Shown here one piece after another: positions 9,695 through 18,887 of a stretch of DNA of 61,417 nt. Within the stretch, counting starts at the first letter, position 1, and each line of letters opens with the position of its first letter. The notes beneath the pieces are model-generated. The model saw only the letters and a list, made by a program, of their open reading frames with translations, was not told the origin of the DNA and did no database searches. Source of the stretch: Crocinitomicaceae bacterium (GTDB taxonomy: Bacteria > Bacteroidota > Bacteroidia > Flavobacteriales_D > Crocinitomicaceae); assembly GCA_023254905.1 (NCBI GenBank), contig JALRKF010000006.1:1-61417 (forward strand), in the 5' to 3' direction. A program made the translations under genes and the position numbers.

Positions 9695-11185
9695 TCAATT
9701 CATTACTAGATTATACTTTACAAAATCAATACTTTTATTAATCCATGGTTGCATAAAACAGTCTTGTGAAACGAAAGGGACATGTCTTCTGTAACTCTCT
9801 CTTAATTCTTGGATTCGACGTGAACTTTTTTCATCTCTAAAATCCATTGCTTGGGCGGCATTGAATAACTCAATCCCTTGGAGCACAAAACAATTCTCTA
9901 TAACCCGATACAATTTTGTTGCAGCGTTAGCTCCCATACTAACATGATCTTCCTGACCATTACTTGAATCGACAGAGTCAACAGATGCTGGTGTGCAAAG
10001 CTGTTTATTCTGACTCACAATCGAAGCAGCAGTATATTGTGGAATCATAAAACCACTATTTAGACCTGAATTCGCAACTAAAAAAGGAGGTAGATCTCTA
10101 GTCCCAGAAACTAACTTGAAGACTCTTCTTTCTGATATACTTCCTAATTCTGCAACTGCAATAGCTAAAAAATCCATAGCTAATGCAACAGGCTGTCCGT
10201 GGAAGTTCCCCGCAGAAACCACATCATCTTCATCAACAAATACAGTAGGATTATCTGTGACAGCGTTTATCTCTCTTTCAAGAATTGTAGCACAATAATC
10301 AATGGCATCTTTAGAGGCTCCAAAAACTTGAGGTATACATCTGAACGAATACGGGTCTTGTACATGCGATTTTTTCCTTGCAATCATATTACTTCCCTCA
10401 AGAATGTTTCTAAATCGAGCAGCTACTTCCACCTGCCCTAATTGATTTCTGATTGAATTAACATTTTTTTGGAATGGATTAATTCTTCCATCATAAGCTT
10501 CAAGCGAGAGAGCAGCAATTGGTATGTACTGATCAAAAAGTTGTAGCGCTTTTGAAACACAATAAGAACCATAAGCGCTCATAAACTGAGTACCATTTAA
10601 TAAAGCTAGGCCTTCTTTGGAACGAAGCTTAAGAGGTTCTAATCCAAATTCTTTTAAAATTTCGTTTGATGCCCTTATAGAATTTTTATGGTTCACTTCC
10701 CCTTCGCCCAATAACGGTAATGAAAGATGAGCAAGAGGTGCGAGATCTCCAGAGGCACCTAGACTTCCCTGTTGATAGATTACGGGTAAAATATCGTTAT
10801 TGTAAAAATAAAGAATGCGTTCAACTGTCTCTACTTGGGCACCCGAACTACCATGAGACAATCCAATAGCCTTCAATAGTAACATTCTCTTCACGATATG
10901 ATCTGGCACTCTCTCTCCTGTTCCACAAGCATGTGATTCCACAAGATTACGTTGCAATTTCTCTAGATCTTTTTCTTCTATCGCTGTATTACAGAGCGAA
11001 CCAAAACCAGTATTAACACCATAGATTCTTTCCTCAGCAACACGAACTTTATCATCAAGATATTCGCGACACTTTTGAATATCTGCCTTTACCGATTCAG
11101 ATAGTTTCACTCCCGCACAAGAATTTATGACCTGATCAAGTTGGGCTAAAGTGATCCAATTATTCTCAATAACGAACTCTTTCAT
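9695..11185 (-). CDS. hutH: Histidine ammonia-lyase (MIO-dependent aromatic amino acid lyase family)
   Basis: 496 aa. GSLGASGDLAPLAHL carries the ASG MIO-forming triad. NTGFG and the selectivity dipeptide Ser-His (LVESHACG) favour histidine over Tyr or Phe as substrate. Confidence 0.85.
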   Translation of the reverse strand: MKEFVIENNWITLAQLDQVINSCAGVKLSESVKADIQKCREYLDDKVRVAEERIYGVNTGFGSLCNTAIEEKDLEKLQRNLVESHACGTGERVPDHIVKRMLLLKAIGLSHGSSGAQVETVERILYFYNNDILPVIYQQGSLGASGDLAPLAHLSLPLLGEGEVNHKNSIRASNEILKEFGLEPLKLRSKEGLALLNGTQFMSAYGSYCVSKALQLFDQYIPIAALSLEAYDGRINPFQKNVNSIRNQLGQVEVAARFRNILEGSNMIARKKSHVQDPYSFRCIPQVFGASKDAIDYCATILEREINAVTDNPTVFVDEDDVVSAGNFHGQPVALAMDFLAIAVAELGSISERRVFKLVSGTRDLPPFLVANSGLNSGFMIPQYTAASIVSQNKQLCTPASVDSVDSSNGQEDHVSMGANAATKLYRVIENCFVLQGIELFNAAQAMDFRDEKSSRRIQELRESYRRHVPFVSQDCFMQPWINKSIDFVKYNLVMN

Positions 11186-12555
11186 TCTTCTGTAAATACT
11201 GTTACTAGCTTGTTCTGAGGATACTCTTTTTGTTCACCGGAATCCATGTTCTTCAACTGTATTACTCCACGTCTCATTTCATCCTCACCCAGTAATCCGA
11301 TATACCGCACTCCCCTGTCGTTCGCATACTTCATTTGTTTATTCATCCTCACTGATGACGGGTATAATTCTGCTGCAATACCTTTTCCTCTTAATTCGTG
11401 AGAAAGCTCCATGCATTTCAATTCTGCCTCCTCACCGAAATTGATAAATAGAATATCTATTCTTTCATCTATTGCCTCGGGGAACAATTCAAGTTCTGTC
11501 AAAACATCATAGATACGATCGGCTCCAAATGAAATTCCCACTCCTGAAACTCCTTTCATTCCGAATATTCCTGTTAGGTCATCATATCTTCCGCCTCCAC
11601 ATATACTTCCCATTTTTACGCCATTCGCTTTCACTTCGAAAATTGCACCTGTATAATAGTTTAAGCCTCTCGCGAGTGTTACATCGAACTCAAGTTTAGC
11701 CTCTCTTAAACCAAGCATATTTACTTTATCAAACACCCAACGTAACTCATTGACACCTTGTAATCCAATCTCACTGGAAGATAGATATTCTGCCATTTGA
11801 TCTAATCTGCTTTCCGTATCCCCTTCAATACTGAACAACGGTGAGATTTTTTCAACGGCCATCTCAGAAATGCCTTTATTTTTCAACTCCTTGATCACAC
11901 CATCTTTACCGATCTTGTCCAGTTTGTCGATTGCGACTGTGATCGTTATCAAATTATCCTGTTCGCCACTAACTTCTGCAATTCCAGATAGGATCTTTCT
12001 GTTATTGATCTTGATCGTAAAGTCTGGAATTTTTAAATCAGAAAGTGCTTCATCAAAGATCTGTACAAAGTCAACCTCATAAAGCAGTGAATCACTTCCG
12101 ACCACATCCGCATCGCACTGAAAAAACTCCTGATATCTACCGTGCTGTGGACGGTCTGCCCTCCAAACCGGCTGGATCTGATATCGCTTGAATGGGAATG
12201 AAATATCATTTTGATGTTGGACAACGAAACGCGCAAATGGAACTGTCAGATCATAACGTAATGCCTTTTCAGCGAGGGAATTACTGAACCTAGCAAGGTT
12301 TCCATTCTTTAATGCCTCCAAGTCAGCTTTTTTGACCTTCTCTCCAGAATTCAGGATCTTGAAGATCAAACGATCACCCTCCTCGCCATACTTGCCCAAA
12401 AGAGTTGAAGCGAGCTCAAATGAAGGAGTCTCAATAGGTGCAAATCCGTATTTCTTGAACACCTTCTTTATTGCATCGAAGATGTAATTACGTTTTGCTA
12501 CTTCCTTTGGTAAAAAATCTCTTGTCCCTTTTGGAGTTGACGGTTTCTGTGCCAT
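11182..12555 (-). CDS. hisS: Histidine--tRNA ligase
   Basis: 457 aa. Class II aaRS motifs (GTRDFLP, RYDLTVPFARF, FFQCDADVVG, GGGRYDDL) and a C-terminal anticodon-binding domain are present. Confidence 0.95.
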   Translation of the reverse strand: MAQKPSTPKGTRDFLPKEVAKRNYIFDAIKKVFKKYGFAPIETPSFELASTLLGKYGEEGDRLIFKILNSGEKVKKADLEALKNGNLARFSNSLAEKALRYDLTVPFARFVVQHQNDISFPFKRYQIQPVWRADRPQHGRYQEFFQCDADVVGSDSLLYEVDFVQIFDEALSDLKIPDFTIKINNRKILSGIAEVSGEQDNLITITVAIDKLDKIGKDGVIKELKNKGISEMAVEKISPLFSIEGDTESRLDQMAEYLSSSEIGLQGVNELRWVFDKVNMLGLREAKLEFDVTLARGLNYYTGAIFEVKANGVKMGSICGGGRYDDLTGIFGMKGVSGVGISFGADRIYDVLTELELFPEAIDERIDILFINFGEEAELKCMELSHELRGKGIAAELYPSSVRMNKQMKYANDRGVRYIGLLGEDEMRRGVIQLKNMDSGEQKEYPQNKLVTVFTEE

Positions 12556-12572
12556 CGATATATTTTTATCAG

Positions 12573-12580
12573 CAAATATA
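12573..12580 (-). promoter_or_regulatory. -7 promoter box TATATTTG for hisS
   Basis: It is an exact TAnnTTTG on the minus strand, 17 nt upstream of the hisS ATG, inside the 36-nt gap after the upstream gene. Confidence 0.45.
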
Positions 12581-12591
12581 GAAATTGCCTG

Positions 12592-13635
12592 TCATTTGTG
12601 TAATGGTAAAGAATCTTTTCCAAGCCATCTCAGTACGTTATCGTACCATATCAGCTCAGATTCCTTCCTGGTAAGGATGTCCGCTTCTACAGCAAAATCT
12701 ATCACTCTTCCTGGATAAGATCTTGCAACTCCTTCCATTTCACCAAGGGGATAGGGGTCGTCTAATCCAGCCACTATCTGCTCAGCTCCAACTCTTGTCT
12801 TTAAAAGTTGAAGAGTATATGAATCATGCACTAATGTATCAAAGAATAGATTTTGATGACCTAATGAAGATCTTGGATCCTGTGCATCCTCAAAAAGATC
12901 TGGTCGTCCATCAAAACCCTGAAGTCTTCTTCCATAATTAGCTTGTCCAAGCATACAACCATGTGCAAAACATGTTCGGATATTCGGATATTTTGTTACG
13001 AAATTGTTGAGCGCATAAAAATGAAGTGCATCCGCAGTCTGTGCCATCATCCATACCAAATGGAAACGCCAAAATTTATTTTTTAGCTTTACCATTTTTT
13101 CACCATCATAAGGATGAATCTCCATCGCCAGACCATACTCATTTGCTAATTCAAAAATTGGCTTTAATGAATCATCGGAAACTGTCTGCCATTCGCCTTC
13201 TTTATTTAGATAATGTGTGGGTAAACAAAGTAAATTCATGTCCAACTTCTCAACGCATCGTTCGATTTCTGCCAAAGCATCATCCATATACAATGGTTGA
13301 ACTACAAATCCTGTCGTAAATTTATCCGGCCGTCTTTGCTGAATACTTGCATTGAAATCGTTTTGCCACTGAATAGCTGCTTTAGCATCTTCTCTTTCCC
13401 ATCCGTTGCAATACAATTGAGAAAGGTTGAGCATTACACCATGCTGGATGCCATACTGCTCCATCCATTCTAGCTTCTCCTCAAAGAAAAAACTTGGGTC
13501 CGTAATTGGTCTAGACCAATCTCCCTGACGCATGAATTTTTTATCTTCATCTATCCAGAAGAGCTTTTTATCCTTCATGAACTGTGGAACTTCCTTTGGC
13601 TCAGGAAGTAAATGACCATGTCCGTTTATCTTCAT
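12592..13635 (-). CDS. Amidohydrolase_2 family protein (ACMSD-like metal-dependent hydrolase/decarboxylase)
   Basis: 347 aa. It has the N-terminal metal motif INGHGHLLP, later H and D ligands (EIHPYDG, CFAHGC, GLDDPYP), and overall ACMSD-like length. Confidence 0.7.
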   Translation of the reverse strand: MKINGHGHLLPEPKEVPQFMKDKKLFWIDEDKKFMRQGDWSRPITDPSFFFEEKLEWMEQYGIQHGVMLNLSQLYCNGWEREDAKAAIQWQNDFNASIQQRRPDKFTTGFVVQPLYMDDALAEIERCVEKLDMNLLCLPTHYLNKEGEWQTVSDDSLKPIFELANEYGLAMEIHPYDGEKMVKLKNKFWRFHLVWMMAQTADALHFYALNNFVTKYPNIRTCFAHGCMLGQANYGRRLQGFDGRPDLFEDAQDPRSSLGHQNLFFDTLVHDSYTLQLLKTRVGAEQIVAGLDDPYPLGEMEGVARSYPGRVIDFAVEADILTRKESELIWYDNVLRWLGKDSLPLHK

Positions 13636-13699
13636 TTAAAGTAGCGTATGAGTGAACGCTTAAATATACTGAAAGGACCTTATTTACGGAAGATATTGT

Positions 13700-14653
13700 C
13701 TAGGAAAACAATGAGTCAACAAACTCATTGCGAATGAATGGCTGTAAATCCTCCATTGCTTCACCTACTCCAATATACTTAACAGGAATCTTCATTTGAT
13801 CTGAAATACCAATAACGACACCTCCTTTTGCGGTGCCATCCAGCTTTGTAATCGCCAACGCATTAATATCAGTCGCTGCCGCAAACTGCTTCGCTTGTTC
13901 ATAAGCATTCTGACCTGTAGAGCCATCTAAAACGAGTAAAACCTCATGAGGAGCACCAGGCACGACTTTATCCATGACTCTCTTAATCTTTCCTAACTCA
14001 TTCATTAAATTCACCTTGTTGTGAAGTCTTCCTGCTGTATCAACAATAACGACATCAGCATTTTGAGCTTTTGCGGATTCCAGCGTATCGAATGCTACAG
14101 ATGCAGGATCAGCTCCCATTCCTTGTTGTACAATAGAAACACCAACCCGCTCAGACCAAATAATCAACTGATCAACAGCTGCCGCTCTAAACGTATCTGA
14201 AGCTCCCAATATTACTTTACTTCCCTGCTGCTTGAATTGATGTGCTAATTTACCGATCGTTGTTGTTTTGCCAACACCATTAACGCCAACCACCATTATC
14301 ACATGCGGATGACCTTCATGTTTTGGTATTTCAAAATTCACTTCTCTCGAAGTATTATTCTCTTCCAGCAGGCTAATAATTTCTTCTTTCAAGATTGTAT
14401 TAAGCTCTTCAATTCCCATAAATTTATCACGAGAAACACGTTCCTCGATCTTTTCAATGATCTTTAAAGTTGTTTCCACACCAACATCAGAGGTAATCAA
14501 AACCTCCTCCAGATTATCAAGAACTTCGTCGTCAACTTTCGATTTACCTACTACAGAACGAGCAAGCTTATTGAAAAAACTTTCTTTCGTCTTTTCAAGT
14601 CCTTTATCTAAAGTTTCTTTCTTTTCCTTAGAGAAAAAATTAAATAATGCCAT
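13700..14653 (-). CDS. ftsY: Signal recognition particle receptor FtsY
   Basis: 317 aa. SRP GTPase motifs are present: GVNGVGKTTTIGKLA, DTAGRL, TKLDGTAKGG. Confidence 0.95.
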   Translation of the reverse strand: MALFNFFSKEKKETLDKGLEKTKESFFNKLARSVVGKSKVDDEVLDNLEEVLITSDVGVETTLKIIEKIEERVSRDKFMGIEELNTILKEEIISLLEENNTSREVNFEIPKHEGHPHVIMVVGVNGVGKTTTIGKLAHQFKQQGSKVILGASDTFRAAAVDQLIIWSERVGVSIVQQGMGADPASVAFDTLESAKAQNADVVIVDTAGRLHNKVNLMNELGKIKRVMDKVVPGAPHEVLLVLDGSTGQNAYEQAKQFAAATDINALAITKLDGTAKGGVVIGISDQMKIPVKYIGVGEAMEDLQPFIRNEFVDSLFS

Positions 14654-14659
14654 ATAGTA

Positions 14660-14692
14660 AATACAAAAGCCCCTATCTAATGACAGGAGCTT
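14660..14692 (-). terminator. Rho-independent terminator after the rpmB-rpmG-DUF4295 operon
   Basis: On the minus strand, AAGCTCCTGTC-ATTA-GATAGGGGCTT forms an 11-bp stem with two G-U pairs (14667-14692), followed by TTTGTATTT. Confidence 0.5.
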
Positions 14693-14717
14693 AAATGATA
14701 TTTATGTCAGGAGATTA

Positions 14718-14873
14718 TTAGTTCTTGTCGAACCACTCCTTTACCTTATCGTTGTGAACAATCTCTTCTTTAAAACCGTAGGATCCAGTTTTCCCCGATT
14801 TAACCATTTTAATCACTTTCGTATGCTCCTTTCCTCCACCTTTCTGAAGGGATGCTACTACTTTCTTTGCCAT
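14718..14873 (-). CDS. DUF4295 small conserved protein (51 aa), not in the supplied ORF track
   Basis: It translates as MAKKVVASLQKGGGKEHTKVIKMVKSGKTGSYGFKEEIVHNDKVKEWFDKN. This lysine-rich small protein follows rpmG directly, as is typical in Bacteroidota. Confidence 0.8.
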   Translation of the reverse strand: MAKKVVASLQKGGGKEHTKVIKMVKSGKTGSYGFKEEIVHNDKVKEWFDKN

Positions 14874-14882
14874 GTCTTCCTA

Positions 14883-15065
14883 TTATTTAATTTCCTTGTG
14901 AACCGTGTAACGCTTCAAAATCGGATTGAACTTCTTAATCTCTAAACGATCCGGTGTATTCTTCCTGTTCTTAGTAGTGATGTAACGAGATGTTCCTGGC
15001 ATGCCAGACTCTTTATGCTCCGTGCACTCTAAGATGACTTGAATTCTATTTCCTTTTTTTGCCAT
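14883..15065 (-). CDS. rpmG: 50S ribosomal protein L33
   Basis: 60 aa, [17 protein letters not shown]...[34 protein letters not shown]. Confidence 0.95.
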   Translation of the reverse strand: MAKKGNRIQVILECTEHKESGMPGTSRYITTKNRKNTPDRLEIKKFNPILKRYTVHKEIK

Positions 15066-15108
15066 GTCTTTTTGTTTTAAACTACCGTTTCACAACGGGT
15101 AGACTTGC

Positions 15109-15345
15109 TTACTTAATCAATCCATTCGCACGCGCTTCTTTAACACATGCATAAATACCTTTCTTATTAATCGTTCTCAAAGCTGAAGTTGAAATCTTCA
15201 ACGTGATGTACTGATCCTCTTCAGGAATGTAGAACTTCTTTGTGATCAAGTTCGGATAGAACTTGCGTTTCGTCTTTCTATTTGAATGAGAAACATTGTT
15301 TCCCGTCATCACTTTCTTTCCTGTAATCTGACAAACTCTTGACAT
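15109..15345 (-). CDS. rpmB: 50S ribosomal protein L28
   Basis: 78 aa, MSRVCQITGKKVMTGNNVSHSNRKTKRKFYPNL. Confidence 0.95.
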   Translation of the reverse strand: MSRVCQITGKKVMTGNNVSHSNRKTKRKFYPNLITKKFYIPEEDQYITLKISTSALRTINKKGIYACVKEARANGLIK

Positions 15346-15427
15346 CTCTAATAATTTAATCCTTTAAACAAAAGCGGGTGCAAAGAAACCACTTAATTCG
15401 TAAAGATACAAGTAAATTAAAACTTTT

Positions 15428-16672
15428 TTAAGTATTCAGATTAAGTATTTCACAGCGAAGGAGATTTAGTGCCGCATTTACCGTCATTTCTATATTTCTA
15501 GAACGATCCGTTCCAAATTGAAAACGCTTAGAGAACACTCTTTTTTTGCTCGCAATTGCTATCCAAACTGTACCAACAGGTTTTTCATCAGTTCCACCAT
15601 TTGGTCCAGCCACACCAGACGTTGATATACAGAAATCAGTTTTTATTTTCTTTAACCCTCCTTGCGCCATTGCCTCAACAACTTCCCGGCTAACTGCACC
15701 GTGTAAAGTGAGAATATTCTCTGATACATCAGCGAACTCTTTTTTCAATGCATTTGAATAAGTTAAGAATGAGCCTGTAAAATATTGAGATGATCCAGAA
15801 ATAGAAGTCAAACTTTTTGCAATTGCTCCTGCCGTGCAGCTCTCTACAGTAGAAATTGTGTACCCCTTCTCGATCAATAGCTCGCTAACTACTCCGGGCA
15901 AAAATGCACCATCAAATCCGAAGACGTGTTTTTTAATTCTATCTTCTATTTGATCCAAATAATTGGCGATCAATTTGCGATTCGTTTCGTTCCTTTTTCC
16001 ACTTAAACGCAGTCTGACCAATCCTGGTGACGGCAGATAAGCGAGTCCAATTTCATCCTGACGAAGTGCATCCTCAATATCACTTATCTTCTCGGCAAGA
16101 AATGACTCACCTATTCCTTGCGTATGAATCGTTCTATAATATAGAGCCTCCGGTTTGAAACGATCTACTAATCTCGGAAAAACTTCATCTATCATTATTC
16201 CTTTCATTTCATATGGGACGCCAGGAAGACTAACTACAATTTTTCCATCTTTTTCAAACCACATTCCAGGTGCAGTTCCATTTTCATTGAAGAGTATATT
16301 ACATGCTTTTGGTAAGGCGGCTTGTTGAGTATTTACTTCAAGCATTTCACGACCTCTTTTTGTGAAAAAATCCGTTATATGGTCTAAAGTTGGCTGGTGA
16401 ATCTCTAGTTCAGTATTGAAATATTCGCATAGAGTATATTTCGTAATATCATCCTTCGTAGGACCCAAGCCTCCGGTTATAAGGACAACATCCGCCCTAG
16501 ATAGAGAAAAATCAAGAGAATTTAATATCGCCTCCTTTGAGTCCTTGATCGTTAAGCCCTCCACAACTTCTCCTCCAATTCGCGCAATCTCTGTTCCGAT
16601 CCAAGATGCATTTGTATTGATCGTTTGACCTAACAGTAATTCATCACCTATTGAAACAATAAAGACATTCAT
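15428..16672 (-). CDS. cinA: CinA family protein (MoCF-binding domain plus nicotinamide-nucleotide amidohydrolase PncC domain)
   Basis: 414 aa. It has IVSIGDELLLGQTINTNASWI, ITGGLGPTKDDITK, and the C-terminal ESCTAGAI...SGVAGPNGG deamidase domain. Confidence 0.9.
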   Translation of the reverse strand: MNVFIVSIGDELLLGQTINTNASWIGTEIARIGGEVVEGLTIKDSKEAILNSLDFSLSRADVVLITGGLGPTKDDITKYTLCEYFNTELEIHQPTLDHITDFFTKRGREMLEVNTQQAALPKACNILFNENGTAPGMWFEKDGKIVVSLPGVPYEMKGIMIDEVFPRLVDRFKPEALYYRTIHTQGIGESFLAEKISDIEDALRQDEIGLAYLPSPGLVRLRLSGKRNETNRKLIANYLDQIEDRIKKHVFGFDGAFLPGVVSELLIEKGYTISTVESCTAGAIAKSLTSISGSSQYFTGSFLTYSNALKKEFADVSENILTLHGAVSREVVEAMAQGGLKKIKTDFCISTSGVAGPNGGTDEKPVGTVWIAIASKKRVFSKRFQFGTDRSRNIEMTVNAALNLLRCEILNLNT

Positions 16673-18105
16673 TTCAATTTGTATTTTGCAATTGATTCTA
16701 CGTGACCAGTATGTGGAAATTGATCCACAATTGAGATTTTTTCTAAATCATACCCAGCATCCCTCAATTGCGCTGTATCTCTGGCTTGGGTGGACGGATT
16801 ACACGAAATATACACAATGTTTTTTGATCCCAAAGCAATAACTTTCCGCAATGTTTTAGGCGCTATACCAGCTCTTGGAGGGTCTAGGATGATGGTTTTA
16901 ATTTTACCTTCAAAATTTGGGTATTGGAGCAAAAACTTGCCAACATCACTAGAATAAAATTCAATTCCTTGTATACCGTTTCTCTCTGCATTTTTTCGTG
17001 CATCCTTGATTGCTTCTTCCACAATATCGACTCCGACTATTTTAACGCCCTTCATCTTGGATGCAAGAATCTGACCAATCGTTCCAGTTCCACAAAAAAG
17101 ATCCATAACAATATCACTTTCTTCTAAATCCTCCTCAAAAACGTATTCCAAAGCTTTCGTATACAGCCTTTCAGCACTTTTTGGATTTGTTTGAAAGAAA
17201 CTTTCCATGGAAATCTCAAAAGAAAGTCCGAGTAATCTTTCGACAACTATACCTTCACCATACAAAAGTATTGAATCACCATTTTCAATCTTAGCTCTGT
17301 CAGCAACATTATCATTCACGGTATGTTGCAATCCAGCCAATCGTCCTCCTAATTTATCGATCATGAAATTTTTAAAAGCTTCTCGATTAAACTTTTTGAT
17401 ACCATCTGATGATGTAACTAGATTAATCAGAAGCTTGTCCTGATCAAATGATTTACGCACTACCAAATGACGGAAAAATCCTGTTTTCTTTGGTGGATGC
17501 CAAGCAGGAAGGCCTGTTGACTTCAAGAATTCACGAAGATTGAATAGTTTCGATTCCAATTCTAAATCAAATAGTCCGCTCGGTTCGTTGAGAGACTCCA
17601 CCTTCCACCAAGTTCCTCTTCTTTTGAATCCGAGAGCAAATGCATCATCAATTTCTTTACTAGTCTGTAAATCGTGTTCAATGGATGAAAAACTATATTC
17701 CATCTTATTTCGATAGAAATAGTGCTCTGGTGATGAGATAAATTCATCAAACAAACTCTCTACCTTCTTTACCCCCCCAATCTTTCGAAGGACATCTAGT
17801 GTTGAGGTTCTTTTCATCTCTTCTTGAATCTTGATAGGAACGAAGATATAAGGAGCTCCTGAAATTTCCTGAAACTTACTTATTTCTTCTTTGGGAGACC
17901 TTTCCAATACTTCTAGCAATTTGGCTTCCGCATATTTTCTGCGTTTTTTTGAAATCCTTACTCGAACTCTCTGACCGGGAAAGGCATTATCTACGAAAAT
18001 AATATAATCTCCCTCTTCCAATTTTAATCGAGCTATCCCCTTTCCGCCGAAAGCAAAATCTTCTATTTCAAGATCAAGAACTTCAGCTCTTCTTATAACT
18101 GTCAT
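16669..18105 (-). CDS. rlmD: 23S rRNA (uracil-5-)-methyltransferase RlmD/RumA family (TRAM plus SAM-MTase)
   Basis: 478 aa. It has an N-terminal TRAM-like GGKGIARL, the SAM motif DLFCGTGTIG, DPPRAGI, and the catalytic YISCNPST. Confidence 0.85.
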   Translation of the reverse strand: MTVIRRAEVLDLEIEDFAFGGKGIARLKLEEGDYIIFVDNAFPGQRVRVRISKKRRKYAEAKLLEVLERSPKEEISKFQEISGAPYIFVPIKIQEEMKRTSTLDVLRKIGGVKKVESLFDEFISSPEHYFYRNKMEYSFSSIEHDLQTSKEIDDAFALGFKRRGTWWKVESLNEPSGLFDLELESKLFNLREFLKSTGLPAWHPPKKTGFFRHLVVRKSFDQDKLLINLVTSSDGIKKFNREAFKNFMIDKLGGRLAGLQHTVNDNVADRAKIENGDSILLYGEGIVVERLLGLSFEISMESFFQTNPKSAERLYTKALEYVFEEDLEESDIVMDLFCGTGTIGQILASKMKGVKIVGVDIVEEAIKDARKNAERNGIQGIEFYSSDVGKFLLQYPNFEGKIKTIILDPPRAGIAPKTLRKVIALGSKNIVYISCNPSTQARDTAQLRDAGYDLEKISIVDQFPHTGHVESIAKYKLK

Positions 18106-18110
18106 AATAG

Positions 18111-18887
18111 TTAGATCATTCCTCGAATAATACCCTTATCTGAATCACTAATGAAACTGAGTACTTGCTTTGTAATTTCAGATTCAGGAAGAGAGTTTGT
18201 GATGACTTCAACTCCTTTTGAGATATTGTTATTCATTACATATAGTAATCTGTAAATATCCTCAACCTCTTTTACGAAGTTATCGTCAAAACCTCTTCTC
18301 CTAAGGCCTATTGAATTTACTCCTGCAAATCCAATCGGCTCCCTTGCAGCCTTGACATAAGGAGGAACATTTTTTCGAACCAATGATCCGCCTGCAACAA
18401 AGGCATGTGCACCAATTCGGATGAATTGCTGAGTACCTACTTTACCTTCTAATATCGCGTAATCTTCAATTGTGTTGTGACCAGCCAAACCAACATAACT
18501 GGCCAGAATTACATTATTACCAACCTGACAGTCATGTGCTACATGAACATAAGTCATTAGTAAACAATTACTCCCGATAGAGGTTTTCCATTTGTCTTTG
18601 GTACCTTTATGAATAGTAACACATTCACGAATCACAGTATTATCACCAATCTCAACGGTTGTTTCTTCACCATCAAATTTTAGATCCTGCGGCACCACGC
18701 CAATTACAGACCCGGGGAATATTTCACAATTCTTTCCTATTGTTGTACCTGAATAGATTGTCACATTGGGATGGATTCTCGTTCCCTCTCCAATAACTAC
18801 ATTTTCGTAAATAGTTGAAAAACTGTCAATCTGAACATCTTTTCCGATTACAGCACCCTTTGAAACATTTGCCAGATTACTTATCAT
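18111..18887 (-). CDS. lpxA: Acyl-ACP--UDP-N-acetylglucosamine O-acyltransferase
   Basis: 258 aa. It has left-handed beta-helix hexapeptide repeats plus a C-terminal helical domain, and sits directly after lpxC/fabZ. Confidence 0.9.
   Translation of the reverse strand: MISNLANVSKGAVIGKDVQIDSFSTIYENVVIGEGTRIHPNVTIYSGTTIGKNCEIFPGSVIGVVPQDLKFDGEETTVEIGDNTVIRECVTIHKGTKDKWKTSIGSNCLLMTYVHVAHDCQVGNNVILASYVGLAGHNTIEDYAILEGKVGTQQFIRIGAHAFVAGGSLVRKNVPPYVKAAREPIGFAGVNSIGLRRRGFDDNFVKEVEDIYRLLYVMNNNISKGVEVITNSLPESEITKQVLSFISDSDKGIIRGMI

Noticed and set aside
9695-11185. Possibility that the MIO lyase is a tyrosine/phenylalanine ammonia-lyase for flexirubin-type pigment synthesis
   Set aside because: The substrate-selectivity dipeptide reads Ser-His (ESHACG), as in histidine ammonia-lyases, not His-Leu or Phe-Leu. 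No polyketide or pigment genes are nearby.
16721-16729. A DnaA-box-like 9-mer, TGATCCACA
   Set aside because: It is a single copy with one mismatch, lies inside the rlmD coding region, and has no cluster or AT-rich unwinding element. It is not an origin.
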